The notes: generated from the sequence alone by a model not told the origin. A DNA stretch of 63,887 bases, filler included, from Vicugna vicugna (GCA_013265495.1; 79 parts of 79 records of this genome joined end to end with filler, not necessarily neighbours in it), one strand, 5' to 3'; positions 25,063 to 37,594 are shown, counted from the first letter of the whole stretch. Translations and numbers: made by a program.

Positions 25063-25940
25063 ATACCGCCCTTCACCAAACTTGCTGGGAACACTGAGTT
25101 CCCTTTCAGTTGCAATCTATGATGCATTCATTTGTATGAAGAGGTTACAACTCTAATTCTCTTTTACAGTGTAAACTGCAGGAACTTCAAACCGGTACTA
25201 GGAAAAAGACTGAGAAACCAGTGTATGTGTTTCTCCTGCAACCCTTTCTCTTTCTGCTAGATGAACGTACGTTTCTTCACATGCCCATTTGGGAGATAAA
25301 TGTGCGTGTAAAAACCGTCCTTCACCGAGCTTGTCAGGAACACAAAGTTTCCTTTAATTTGTAAATATCAATGCACTCCTATACATGTGGAGGTTCAAGA
25401 TCGAACTCGGTTTTACGGTGATAACTGCAGGAAATTCAAACCAGCACTAGGAAACAGACTGAGGAACCTGTGGGTTATCCTGCCTCCCGTTCCCTTTGTG
25501 CTTGATGAATGAATGTCTCTCAACATGTTCAGTTCTCAGATAATTGTGTGTGAAAGCCATCGTTCATGTATCTTGTTGGGACCACAGAGTTTCTACTCAG
25601 TTGCAAACTCAGCTACATACATATATATTGGGAGGTATTAGCTCCAAATTCGTTTTGCATTTAAGAATGCATGAATTTCGAACTGTCACCTGGAAACAGA
25701 CTCAGAAACCAGAGTAAGTGTTTCTACTTCAACCCGTTCCATTTGTGCTAGATGAACGAATGTCTCTTCACATGAACCATTCTGAGAGATTAGTATGTGT
25801 GAAAGCCGCCCTTCACCAAACTTTCTGGGAACACTGAGTTCCCTTTCATTTGCAAACTACTGTGCATTCATTTATATGGAGATGTTACAAGCTCTAACTC
25901 TGTTTTACAGTGAAAACCACAGGAACTTCATACCGGCACT
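25063..25940 (-). repeat. Satellite B variant organised as a 740-bp trimer
   Basis: Monomer anchors at 25066, 25315, 25557 and 25806. Monomers 1 and 4 share CCGCCCTTCACCAAACTT.CTGGGAACACTGAGTTCCC, which monomers 2 and 3 lack. Confidence 0.88.
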
Positions 25941-26040
25941 NNNNNNNNNNNNNNNNNNNNNNNNNNNNNNNNNNNNNNNNNNNNTTAATTAATTAANNNN
26001 NNNNNNNNNNNNNNNNNNNNNNNNNNNNNNNNNNNNNNNN

Positions 26041-27184
26041 GGGGGAGCTCGAGAGACAACTGCACGAAGCTCTCTTCAGTCACAGCTTCTCCCTGTACGG
26101 GGAAGTCCGAGAAAAACCTTCCCTGGCATTGGGGAGGCAGCCTCTGACACTGGGATATCCTGCAATCACCCCTAGCATTCCCTGGCACAGAGATATTAGG
26201 AAAGCCCTCAGGGGAGACGAGCTTAGGCATTCCGTTAGAACCCANNNNNNNNNNNNNNNNNNNNNNNNNNNNNNNNNNNNNNNNNNNNNNNNNNNNNNNN
26301 NNNNNNNNNNNNNNNNNNNNNNNNNNNNNNNNNNNNNNNNNNNNNNNNNNNNNNNNNNNNNNNNNNNNNNNNNNNNNNNNNNNNNNNNNNNNNNNNNNNN
26401 NNNNNNNNNNNNNNNNNNNNNNNNNNNNNNNNNNNNNNNNNNNNNNNNNNNNNNNNNNNNNNNNNNNNNNNNNNNNNNNNNNNNNNNNNNNNNNNNNNNN
26501 NNNNNNNNNNNNNNNNNNNNNNNNNNNNNNNNNNNNNNNNNNNNNNNNNNNNNNNNNNNNNNNNNNNNNNNNNNNNNNNNNNNNNNNNNNNNNNNNNNNN
26601 NNNNNNNNNNNNNNNNNNNNNNNNNNNNNNNNNNNNNNNNNNNNNNNNNNNNNNNNNNNNNNNNNNNNNNNNNNNNNNNNNNNNNNNNNNNNNNNNNNNN
26701 NNNNNNNNNNNNNNNNNNNNNNNNNNNNNNNNNNNNNNNNNNNNNNNNNNNNNNNNNNNNNNNNNNNNNNNNNNNNNNNNNNNNNNNNNNNNNNNNNNNN
26801 NNNNNNNNNNNNNNNNNNNNNNNNNNNNNNNNNNNNNNNNNNNNNNNNNNNNNNNNNNNNNNNNNNNNNNNNNNNNNNNNNNNNNNNNNNNNNNNNNNNN
26901 NNNNNNNNNNNNNNNNNNNNNNNNNNNNNNNNNNNNNNNNNNNNNNNNNNNNNNNNNNNNNNNNNNNNNNNNNNNNNNNNNNNNNNNNNNNNNNNNNNNN
27001 NNNNNNNNNNNNNNNNNNNNNNNNNNNNNNNNNNNNNNNNNNNNNNNNNNNNNNNNNNNNNNNNNNNNNNNNNNNNNNNNNNNNNNNNNNNNNNNNNNNN
27101 NNNNNNNNNNNNNNNNNNNNNNNNTCTCTTCATTTACAAGAGTTCCATGTTCGGGGAAGTCCGAGAAATACCTTCCCTGAACTT
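26041..27184 (-). repeat. Satellite A, gapped
   Basis: GAGCTCGAGAGACAAC and GCTTAGGCATTCCGTTAGAACCC motifs. Confidence 0.92.
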
Positions 27185-27780
27185 NNNNNNNNNNNNNNNN
27201 NNNNNNNNNNNNNNNNNNNNNNNNNNNNTTAATTAATTAANNNNNNNNNNNNNNNNNNNNNNNNNNNNNNNNNNNNNNNNNNNNGGGGGAATGTTAGTGT
27301 GTTGGGCGATTCAAAGTGCTGCCCACATTACAAATGTCCATCAGTTTTGCAAATACAACAGCCATTTTCATTTAGGGCTGAAAATAAATTTCAGCGCATA
27401 AGGGATCTTTAGACCACGGACCCCGTGAGTAATAAGAATCCCTGCACATGCTGTCCTGGGCACCCTGGCATTAGGATCTGTAACATGCATCCTGCACAAT
27501 GCAAACCCTTGTGCTCTTTGACAGGAAGATGGAGGGTATGCAGCCTCCTGCCATTTATCACAGACATGTAGTTCAAGTGCCTGGGCCTTCTCAGAACATT
27601 CAAAAGTTTTGAAACATCCAGACTCACCTGGAAAATTATGTTAAAACCTAGCATCCTTTGGACCTTTTTGAGATGAGAAGNNNNNNNNNNNNNNNNNNNN
27701 NNNNNNNNNNNNNNNNNNNNNNNNTTAATTAATTAANNNNNNNNNNNNNNNNNNNNNNNNNNNNNNNNNNNNNNNNNNNN

Positions 27781-28127
27781 GGGGAGACGAGCTTAGGCAT
27801 TCCGTTAGAAACCACACGCTGACGACCGTTGGTGGGACCTCCCCACGCTCAGTATTCCAGAACAATTGTCAGTGCGTGGGGGAGCTCGAGAGANNNNNNN
27901 NNNNNNNNNNNNNNNNNNNNNNNNNNNNNNNNNNNNNNNNNNNNNNNNNNNNNNNNNNNNNNNNNNNNNNNNNNNNNNNNNNATTGTCAGTGCGTGGGGG
28001 AGCTCGAGAGACAACTCCACGCAGCTCTCTTCAGTCACAGGAGTTCCCTGTTCGGGGAAGCCCGAGAAATACCATCCCTCATCTTGGGGAGGCAGTCTCG
28101 GTCACTGGGATACCCTGCAATCACCCC
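27781..28127 (-). repeat. Satellite A
   Basis: Same motifs as 26041-26244. Confidence 0.92.
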
Positions 28128-28237
28128 NNNNNNNNNNNNNNNNNNNNNNNNNNNNNNNNNNNNNNNNNNNNTTAATTAATTAANNNNNNNNNNNNNNNNN
28201 NNNNNNNNNNNNNNNNNNNNNNNNNNNTTTAACTGAT

Positions 28238-28459
28238 TACAAATTCTAACCCATCCTAAAGAGAAGAGAAATAAGAAGAAAATACTCTGTATTATACTGT
28301 TTCACTCTCTGACACTTAAAAATGTTGATGTCCTGTTTTACAACATCACATTGAATACAAATTCTAACCCATCCTAAAGAGAAGAGAAATAAGAAGAAAA
28401 TACTCTGTATTATACTGTTTCACTCTCTGACACTTAAAAATGTTGATGTCCTGTTTTAC
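28238..28459. repeat. Perfect ~104-bp direct duplication (period 118 bp) in probable LINE-1 inter-ORF sequence
   Basis: TACAAATTCTAACCCATCC...GTCCTGTTTTAC at 28238 and 28356. Shares AACCCATCCT with the L1 spacer at 12457. Confidence 0.85.
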
Positions 28460-28583
28460 NNNNNNNNNNNNNNNNNNNNNNNNNNNNNNNNNNNNNNNNN
28501 NNNTTAATTAATTAANNNNNNNNNNNNNNNNNNNNNNNNNNNNNNNNNNNNNNNNNNNNAATAAAAATAAAAAAGGAATATTT

Positions 28584-28658
28584 GACAGAGATGTATGTTC
28601 CCTGACAGGTCTGAAATTATTTTACTATCTGGCCCTTTTCAGAAAGTTTGTCACCCCT
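28584..28658. mobile_element. MER58-like hAT-Charlie fossil end
   Basis: GACAGAGA...TTTACTATCTGGCCCTTTTCAGAAAGTTTGTCACCCCT. Confidence 0.65.
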
Positions 28659-28699
28659 CATAACTTTGGCAAACAGCAAAGCAGCCAAGTATACAGCAG

Positions 28700-29072
28700 A
28701 TCTTTCATGATCCTGCCCTGCCTGCTCCTCAGCCCCCTCCGCCCCGCTCTCCCGGCTCTGAGCCCCCCGGGGGGACGGAACCTTACCGGGCCCTGGTTCT
28801 TAAGGTGCTCTGTCCCCTCGTATCCGGGAAGGCTCCAGGCGACGACCGCTGACTCAGGCTTCCTCGGGAACAGCACCTCCGGAAACAGGGCACTTCGGCC
28901 GCCCCTCGCAAGTCTTTTCTTTCTTTACATCCATCGGGCCATGAATTCACAGGAGTGGGTATCCGTGGGGCTGGCTCCTTCCCCTCGGCTCTCACGCGGC
29001 CCACCTCTGGCCGCGGCAGGCCGGCGCCTTACCGGAGCCCCCTCTGCCTTCCCTTTCTCCGACCACTTCCCC
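28700..29072 (-). promoter_or_regulatory. CpG-island fragment with two minus-strand splice donors (probable 5' exons)
   Basis: High GC/CpG. CCG|GTAAGG occurs twice on the minus strand (CCTTACCGG at ~28781 and ~29027). Confidence 0.55.
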
Positions 29073-30180
29073 NNNNNNNNNNNNNNNNNNNNNNNNNNNN
29101 NNNNNNNNNNNNNNNNTTAATTAATTAANNNNNNNNNNNNNNNNNNNNNNNNNNNNNNNNNNNNNNNNNNNNTGGTGGAAATAATGCCCTGAGTCATGTG
29201 AAGTTGTGCCTGCAAAAGTGAACATGGGACCAGACATTTTCACATTCAGGACAAAAGTAGCCCCTGGATAGCCACCATATCTGCTCTCCCCTTTGCCTGT
29301 TCACCCCAAAAGCTGCAGAACTCTCCTGCTTGCAATGACACCCANNNNNNNNNNNNNNNNNNNNNNNNNNNNNNNNNNNNNNNNNNNNNNNNNNNNNNNN
29401 NNNNNNNNNNNNNNNNNNNNNNNNNNNNNNNNNNNNNNNNNNNNNNTTTATATCCCTTCTACTTTCTCTGTTGTCTTCCTAGCTACACTTGCATTCAGGA
29501 GCTGGTTACCGCACTAACATTGCCTCTGTAATCAGCCCAGGATATAGGAAGTAGAGATTCAACTGGTTACACAGTCCCAGAATACTTGTCATGCCACTCT
29601 AGTTTCCCAACAAAATACCCTGGCATCCCTCATTTCACCGAAAGAACCACCGCATTAGTTAGAGTTTGTGAAAGTAGAGGGATTTCTCTACTGGGAAACA
29701 CTATTGCTTGTGGTAGAGTTGTGATTTCAGTGTTTGTAACTAGTTACAGGAAAAACGACATCTTCTGCAAATTTTCTTCAAGCGTTTGGAAGTTGAACTT
29801 TTATTAGATACAGAGCCGATGGACTAACCGTAATCTATGAACATATGGTCATATTATCAAATAATGTTCATGTCTGCCTTACAGACTTGTAAGAACTTGA
29901 ATTACACCTGCAGCATGTAGGCATTTAGAATTGGATGTGAAGCATCCTGTGAGATAAAATACCTCTTATCCAGTCACAGAACACCTTACAGACAACATCA
30001 AATTAGTGCCAGTGAATACATTGGTATAGTACATGTATGGTTAAGTTGCATATCCAATTTCTCAGAGCTGGAAAGGAGATNNNNNNNNNNNNNNNNNNNN
30101 NNNNNNNNNNNNNNNNNNNNNNNNTTAATTAATTAANNNNNNNNNNNNNNNNNNNNNNNNNNNNNNNNNNNNNNNNNNNN

Positions 30181-30886
30181 GCAGCTCTCTTCATTCACAG
30201 GATTTCCTTGTTCGGGGAAGTCCGGAAAACACCTTCCCTGATTTTGGGGAGGCAGCGTATGTCACTGGGATATCCTGCAAACCCCCCTACCATTCCCTGG
30301 CACAGAGAAATTAGGAAAACCCTCAGGGGAGACGAGCTTAGGCATTCCGTTAGAACCCACGCNNNNNNNNNNNNNNNNNNNNNNNNNNNNNNNNNNNNNN
30401 NNNNNNNNNNNNNNNNNNNNNNNNNNNNNNNNNNNNNNNNNNNNNNNNNNNNNNNNNNNNNNNNNNNNNNNNNNNNNNNNNNNNNNNNNNNNNNNNNNNN
30501 NNNNNNNNNNNNNNNNNNNNNNNNNNNNNNNNNNNNNNNNNNNNNNNNNNNNNNNNNNNNNNNNNNNNNNNNNNNNNNNNNNNNNNNNNNNNNNNNNNNN
30601 NNNNAGGCATTCCGTTAGAACCCATGCGCTGCCGTCCGTTGGTGGAACCTCCCCACGCTCAGGATTCCGGAACCATTGTCAGGGCGTGGGGGAGCACGAG
30701 AGACAACTCCACGCAGCTCTCTTCATTCACAGGAGTTCCCTGTTAGGGGAAGTCCGTGAAACACCTTCCCTTAACTTGGGGAGGCAGCGTATGTCACTGG
30801 GACATCCTGCAAAACCCCTACCATTCCCTGGCATAGAGAATTTAGGAAAACCATCAGGGGAGACGAACTTAGGCATTCCGTTAGAA
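30181..30886 (-). repeat. Satellite A
   Basis: A core motifs; both monomers share GGCAGCGTATGTCACTGGGA. Confidence 0.93.
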
Positions 30887-31384
30887 NNNNNNNNNNNNNN
30901 NNNNNNNNNNNNNNNNNNNNNNNNNNNNNNTTAATTAATTAANNNNNNNNNNNNNNNNNNNNNNNNNNNNNNNNNNNNNNNNNNNNTTGAAGGCTTGAGA
31001 GAGGACAAGATGAGAAAAAATGTGTGAGCTGGGCTGAAGGAATGCCTAACTTTAGGTGTCCTTAGTGGGCAGCTACAGAAGAGGAGGAGGAGGTGTGGTC
31101 AGAGGCCAGAGACCTGGGAGTCCACATTGTCAGAGGAGCCGGGGACAAACTGGTCAGTAGGGATCAGTCCTGAGGACTGTAGAGAGCACAGTGCAGCTGG
31201 AAGACAAGCTGTTGGATTTGTTGACTTTCGGCTCTCCTGAAAAAACATAGTTTTAACAAAAATTTTGTCGTGCTCATATTTCTGATGGTGCAGTATCTGG
31301 TCCTGTTAATGTTTCTGTGATCACAGCAGGCTGGTAAGAACTACCATTTAGCCAATGTTTTCTGTTATATTTTTATGCATATAT

Positions 31385-31520
31385 TCATTAGTCTTCTTAG
31401 CCACACTGCAGGGGTGGTTCCTTTCGGTAAGTGGGAGTCTGAGACACAGCGAGGTTACTTAATTTGCCCACAGATACCCAACTAGGAAGTGGTAGAGCAT
31501 CTGTGTCTGCTTCCTAAGTG
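31385..31520 (-). mobile_element. MIR SINE fragment
   Basis: CTGAGACACAGCGAGGTTACTTAATTTGCCCACAGATACCCAACTAGGAAGTGGTAGAGC. Confidence 0.65.
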
Positions 31521-32016
31521 ATACTCAGCCAAAGATTAGAGTTGAGAAAATGCATGCTTTCAATAGCAGAAAATATCTATTGTCTGCTTTTTGCATGGTT
31601 TGCTTTTTAGCCTTTTAAAAACCTTTCATGCAAGGTCATTCACTTGAATTAATTCAGCACCAGTTCTCTGCAAGGACACACGTGGCACCTGCCCTTCAGT
31701 AGCTGTTGTTCCAGACAATGGGGTGCAGTTGGGCGGGAACACAAAAGGCCCCTGTAGAGTGCTGTGGGTGACAAAGGCCTGAGTGGCTTGTGGCTGTCTG
31801 TGTCTGGCTTCGCAAAGCTTTGCGCTGGGTGTTGGTGTCTGACTGGGAGTTGGCCGTGAGACGTGCGCTCAGGGTAGAGGAGAGTGCGCACGCCGAGGCA
31901 CAGAAGTCTGAACACGNNNNNNNNNNNNNNNNNNNNNNNNNNNNNNNNNNNNNNNNNNNNTTAATTAATTAANNNNNNNNNNNNNNNNNNNNNNNNNNNN
32001 NNNNNNNNNNNNNNNN

Positions 32017-32752
32017 CTTCATAGATTTTTCTATCACAAGGTTCTAAAATCGGACATCTGGTACTAGAAAACACTCTATGAGTGAATTCTCACAAATACA
32101 CATGTAATTTACATTGTTTACATAACCATGGNNNNNNNNNNNNNNNNNNNNNNNNNNNNNNNNNNNNNNNNNNNNNNNNNNNNNNNNNNNNNNNNNNNNN
32201 NNNNNNNNNNNNNNNNNNNNNNNNNNNNNNNNNNNNNNNNNNNNNNNNNNNNNNNNNNNNNNNNNNNNNNNNNNNNNNNNNNNNNNNNNNNNNNNNNNNN
32301 NNNNNNNNNNNNNNNNNNNNNNNNNNNNNNNNNNNNNNNNNNNNNNNNNNNNNNNNNNNNNNNNNNNNNNNNNNNNNNNNNNNNNNNNNNNNNNNNNNNN
32401 NNNNNNNNNNNNNNNNNNNNNNNNNNNNNNNNNNNNNNNNNNNNNNNNNNNNNNNNNNNNNNNNNNNNNNNNNNNNNNNNNNNNNNNNNNNNNNNNNNNN
32501 NNNNNNNNNNNNNNNNNNNNNNNNNNNNNNNNNNNNNNNNNNNNNNNNNNNNNCACAGAAAAATAGTTCTGGAGCGATTTCCAACTAACAGATATGTAAT
32601 TTACATGTATTCCAACAACATGGCATTCCGGGTTCGGTACATGCTACATGCATGACGGATTCGGAAATCATGCATTTCTGACTTGTGAGCATGTGGATTA
32701 CGGACCATTCATCAACCAAACAATGCGTATATACACTTAGAATTATTTACTC
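32017..32752 (+). repeat. Satellite C, gapped
   Basis: Matches 3685-3800 and 3482-3680. Confidence 0.9.
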
Positions 32753-32852
32753 NNNNNNNNNNNNNNNNNNNNNNNNNNNNNNNNNNNNNNNNNNNNTTAA
32801 TTAATTAANNNNNNNNNNNNNNNNNNNNNNNNNNNNNNNNNNNNNNNNNNNN

Positions 32853-34002
32853 CTGTTCGGGGAAGTCCGAGAAGTACCTTCCCTGACCTTTGGGATGGAG
32901 CCTCTGTCACTGTGATACACTGCAAACACCCCTAGCATTCCCTGGCACAGAGACATTAGGTAAACCCTCAGGGGAGACGAGCTTAGGCTTTCCGTTAGAA
33001 CCCACGCGCTGCCGACCGTTGGTGGAACCTCCCCACGCTCAGGATTCCGGAAACATTGTCANNNNNNNNNNNNNNNNNNNNNNNNNNNNNNNNNNNNNNN
33101 NNNNNNNNNNNNNNNNNNNNNNNNNNNNNNNNNNNNNNNNNNNNNNNNNNNNNNNNNNNNNNNNNNNNNNNNNNNNNNNNNNNNNNNNNNNNNNNNNNNN
33201 NNNNNNNNNNNNNNNNNNNNNNNNNNNNNNNNNNNNNNNNNNNNNNNNNNNNNNNNNNNNNNNNNNNNNNNNNNNNNNNNNNNNNNNNNNNNNNNNNNNN
33301 NNNNNNNNNNNNNNNNNNNNNNNNNNNNNNNNNNNNNNNNNNNNNNNNNNNNNNNNNNNNNNNNNNNNNNNNNNNNNNNNNNNNNNNNNNNNNNNNNNNN
33401 NNNNNNNNNNNNNNNNNNNNNNNNNNNNNNNNNNNNNNNNNNNNNNNNNNNNNNNNNNNNNNNNNNNNNNNNNNNNNNNNNNNNNNNNNNNNNNNNNNNN
33501 NNNNNNNNNNNNNNNNNNNNNNNNNNNNNNNNNNNNNNNNNNNNNNNNNNNNNNNNNNNNNNNNNNNNNNNNNNNNNNNNNNNNNNNNNNNNNNNNNNNN
33601 NNNNNNNNNNNNNNNNNNNNNNNNNNNNNNNNNNNNNNNNNNNNNNNNNNNNNNNNNNNNNNNNNNNNNNNNNNNNNNNNNNNNNNNNNNNNNNNNNNNN
33701 NNNNNNNNNNNNNNNNNNNNNNNNNNNNNNNNNNNNNNNNNNNNNNNNNNNNNNNNNNNNNNNNNNNNNNNNNNNNNNNNNNNNNNNNNNNNNNNNNNNN
33801 NNNNNNNNNNNNNNNNNNNNNNNNNNNNNNNNNNNGCGTGGGGGAGCTCGAGAGACAACTCCACGCAGCTCTCTTCAGTCACAAGTGTTCCCTGTTCGGG
33901 GAAGTCCGAGAAGTAAATTCCCTGACTTTGGAGAGGCAGCATCTGTCACTGGGATACCCTGCAAATCCCCCAAGCATTCCCTGGCACAGAGACATTAGGA
34001 AA
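32853..34002 (-). repeat. Satellite A, gapped
   Basis: A core motifs on both sides of the gap. Confidence 0.93.
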
Positions 34003-35758
34003 NNNNNNNNNNNNNNNNNNNNNNNNNNNNNNNNNNNNNNNNNNNNTTAATTAATTAANNNNNNNNNNNNNNNNNNNNNNNNNNNNNNNNNNNNNNNNNN
34101 NNCTTGGAAACTTGAGGCTGTTTCCATGCCTCTTGAAGTTCAGATTTCTAGGAGTGATGGATCCCGTGCATTCTCTCTGCAGTTAAGCTGGGGGCTGCCC
34201 TGGTCTTGGCAACCACGGAAGGACCACATTCAGTGGCAGACAGGCAGTGGTCTCTGTGATCGCCTGAGACACAAGACCACACCTTTCCACAAATTAGTGT
34301 TTGCCGTGTAAGTTTATTTCCTTTTTATTTAGCGGGGCCAAGAATAAATCCACAGTGATGACCACGGCCATTCAGATGGAACCCGCACACCCGCACGAGG
34401 GAAAGATCTGAGTTAAGCAATCCCAGGGCCCTTTGGCGTCAGGGCGCAGGTGGCCTGTAGGAAGGAACCTGCCCGGGACCAGGAGGGGGTTGACGGCCCT
34501 CGAGGGAGAAGGTGGATGCACAGGCTGTTCTGGGTCTCAATCCCAAGGGCTTTGGTGCCTGGCGACCACAGTGCACGACCCTGTCACATCACCTTGTGAT
34601 CAGGCTGAACACACGTCCCCCTGGGCGCCCTCCGACGCCCCTTGGATTTCACACCCTCAGTTCCTTGAAGCTCCATCTCCCCGCTCTTCCCTGCCCTGCA
34701 TCCTCACCCAGGACTTGCGTGACACGGTCTTCACAGTGGCAGGTTCAGTTTTCATCTTTCTGGCGGGACGTTTCCAGGCACAGTCCTGCCACTCTGTCCC
34801 CCCAACTGCACACGGGATGCTGGCGGTTGGGGGGGTCTGGTCTGTTTCTTGACAGTTTTCTATTGGTGTCACGAACAAGGCTTTTGATGGTAATGGAGGT
34901 GTTTGTCCAGATNNNNNNNNNNNNNNNNNNNNNNNNNNNNNNNNNNNNNNNNNNNNTTAATTAATTAANNNNNNNNNNNNNNNNNNNNNNNNNNNNNNNN
35001 NNNNNNNNNNNNCATTTTCCATAGGATATTAAGAAGTTTGGTAGGGAGTATCTTTGAAATAATCATTGATTTTTCACCCCCACATATTTCTTGCCTCTAT
35101 CTTTCTCCCTGTCTTAAGCTGTCTTAAGAGACACATCATTTCCTCAGAGAACAGAAGCTACAGAAGAATATGAGGAATAACAGAGCTGTTTGTTGCCTAT
35201 GAGTTTTAAACATTCAGTTTTGTAGAAAACAAAAACAATCCATGGTATAAAGATTTAGGTGGAAATCTCATGGGGAAAGCTCAAAACGACGAGATGTATA
35301 GGACATGTGCACCATTTCCTGCATAGAAAACAAGAGGAATCAGGAAGCCCTCACAGAACTGCTAAATCGCATGTCTAAGACCGAGCCTGGTAGAGTCACA
35401 CAGAACTTCTTGCACCTCAGCATGGAACAGATCAGTGAAATGATTCCATCAATCTGAGTATAGTAGGGAAGGAATAAAGTCACTGGATTTGATGAGACAG
35501 GTCTCAGCAACAGCTGTGCAGGCCAGCTCCCCAGGACCAGACAGCAACTAGGACAGCTCAGCAAGTGCCCAGTGTACGCAGATGACACAGAGGGCCAGGG
35601 AAGCGTCATTCCACATTCCACCACCATCGAACTCCTTGGCAGTAGAAGACTGCAAAACNNNNNNNNNNNNNNNNNNNNNNNNNNNNNNNNNNNNNNNNNN
35701 NNTTAATTAATTAANNNNNNNNNNNNNNNNNNNNNNNNNNNNNNNNNNNNNNNNNNNN

Positions 35759-36608
35759 AACTGAGAGCAGGGCCTTGGTTCTTATGAAATCGCTTAACTT
35801 GTCCACACTGTTTGGTTGCATGATATGGAGTGCTGGGGAAAGGGTGGGTTGGGCTCTAAATCCAAGTATTAGCGAGTGCTTCTCCATGGGATTTGGAGGT
35901 TATTAACCAAAAACCCACAACATGGGAATACCTGTGCTCCTTGAAAAAAGNNNNNNNNNNNNNNNNNNNNNNNNNNNNNNNNNNNNNNNNNNNNNNNNNN
36001 NNNNNNNNNNNNNNNNNNNNNNNNNNNNNNNNNNNNNNNNNNNNNNNNNNNNNNNNNNNNNNNNNNNNNNNNNNNNNNNNNNNNNNNNNNNNNNNNNNNN
36101 NNNNNNNNNNNNNNNNNNNNNNNNNNNNNNNNNNNNNNNNNNNNNNNNNNNNNNNNNNNNNNNNNNNNNNNNNNNNNNNNNNNNNNNNNNNNNNNNNNNN
36201 NNNNCCCATTCATCTGCGTGGAGTGGGGCTTCAAATCTCCCCACCACACAAGGTTGGGTTCCAGTATCCTGAGGGTGGGGTAGTTCCTCCAACTGACATC
36301 AGCGTCTTGGTTTAATAGAATCCCTTTGCTTGTCTTCCCTGATGGTTTGCCTAGGCCAGTGTGTGGTTGAAAGTGGGATTTGGGATCTAAAACTAAGTGT
36401 TAGCCTGTGCCTCTCCATGGGTAGTGGAGATGTTTAAATTACAACACACAACTTGGGAATTACTGTGACCCCTGAAAAATGCGTGTGCTATGTTTCCCCA
36501 CGACCAGCACACACAGGAAGAAGTCTTCTGGGGTTGTGAGTGTGGGGAGGTTCCTCCAACAGACAGCAGCACCTGGGTTGTAATAGAATCCCTTAGCTTG
36601 ACTTCCCT
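35759..36608 (+). repeat. Satellite D
   Basis: Start matches 839-1026. GAGTGTGGGGAGGTTCCTCCAACAGACAGCAGCACCTGGGTT near 36540. Confidence 0.88.
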
Positions 36609-36708
36609 NNNNNNNNNNNNNNNNNNNNNNNNNNNNNNNNNNNNNNNNNNNNTTAATTAATTAANNNNNNNNNNNNNNNNNNNNNNNNNNNNNNNNNNNN
36701 NNNNNNNN

Positions 36709-37494
36709 ATATAGAATTTAGAATATAGAATGCAGAACACAGAATATAAAATACAGAATGTAGGACCCATAATTTAGAACATGGAATGCAGAACACAGAA
36801 TTTAGATTATAGAATACAGAATACTGAATATAAAATATGAAAATACAATGTAGGATACAGAAATTTGAATATAGAATACAGAATACTGCATATAGAATTT
36901 AGAATATAGAATGCATAACACAGGATATACAATAAAGAATAGAGAATATACAACACACAATTTNNNNNNNNNNNNNNNNNNNNNNNNNNNNNNNNNNNNN
37001 NNNNNNNNNNNNNNNNNNNNNNNNNNNNNNNNNNNNNNNNNNNNNNNNNNNNNNNNNNNNNNNNNNNNNNNNNNNNNNNNNNNNNNNNNNNNNNNNNNNN
37101 NNNNNNNNNNNNNNNNNNNNNNNNNNNNNNNNNNNNNNNNNNNNNNNNNNNNNNNNNNNNNNNNNNNNNNNNNNNNNNNNNNNNNNNNNNNNNNNNNNNN
37201 NNNNNNNNNNNNNNNNNNNNNNNNNNNNNNNNCAGAATATAGAATATAGAATACGGAATGCAAAATATAGAAAATAGAATATAGAATGATGAACACAAAA
37301 TATAGAATAGAGAATAGAGAATATAGAACCCAGAATTTAGAACATGGATTTCAATACACAGAATTTAGAATATAGAATACAGAAATCTGAATAACAATTT
37401 ATAATATAGATTGTAGAACACAGAATATAGAATATAGTATATGGAATGTAGAATATAGAATACAGAATATAGAATGTAGTACACAGAATATAGA
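36709..37494 (+). repeat. Satellite E (heptamer)
   Basis: 7-bp AGAATAT-type periodicity. Confidence 0.93.
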
Positions 37495-37594
37495 NNNNNN
37501 NNNNNNNNNNNNNNNNNNNNNNNNNNNNNNNNNNNNNNTTAATTAATTAANNNNNNNNNNNNNNNNNNNNNNNNNNNNNNNNNNNNNNNNNNNN

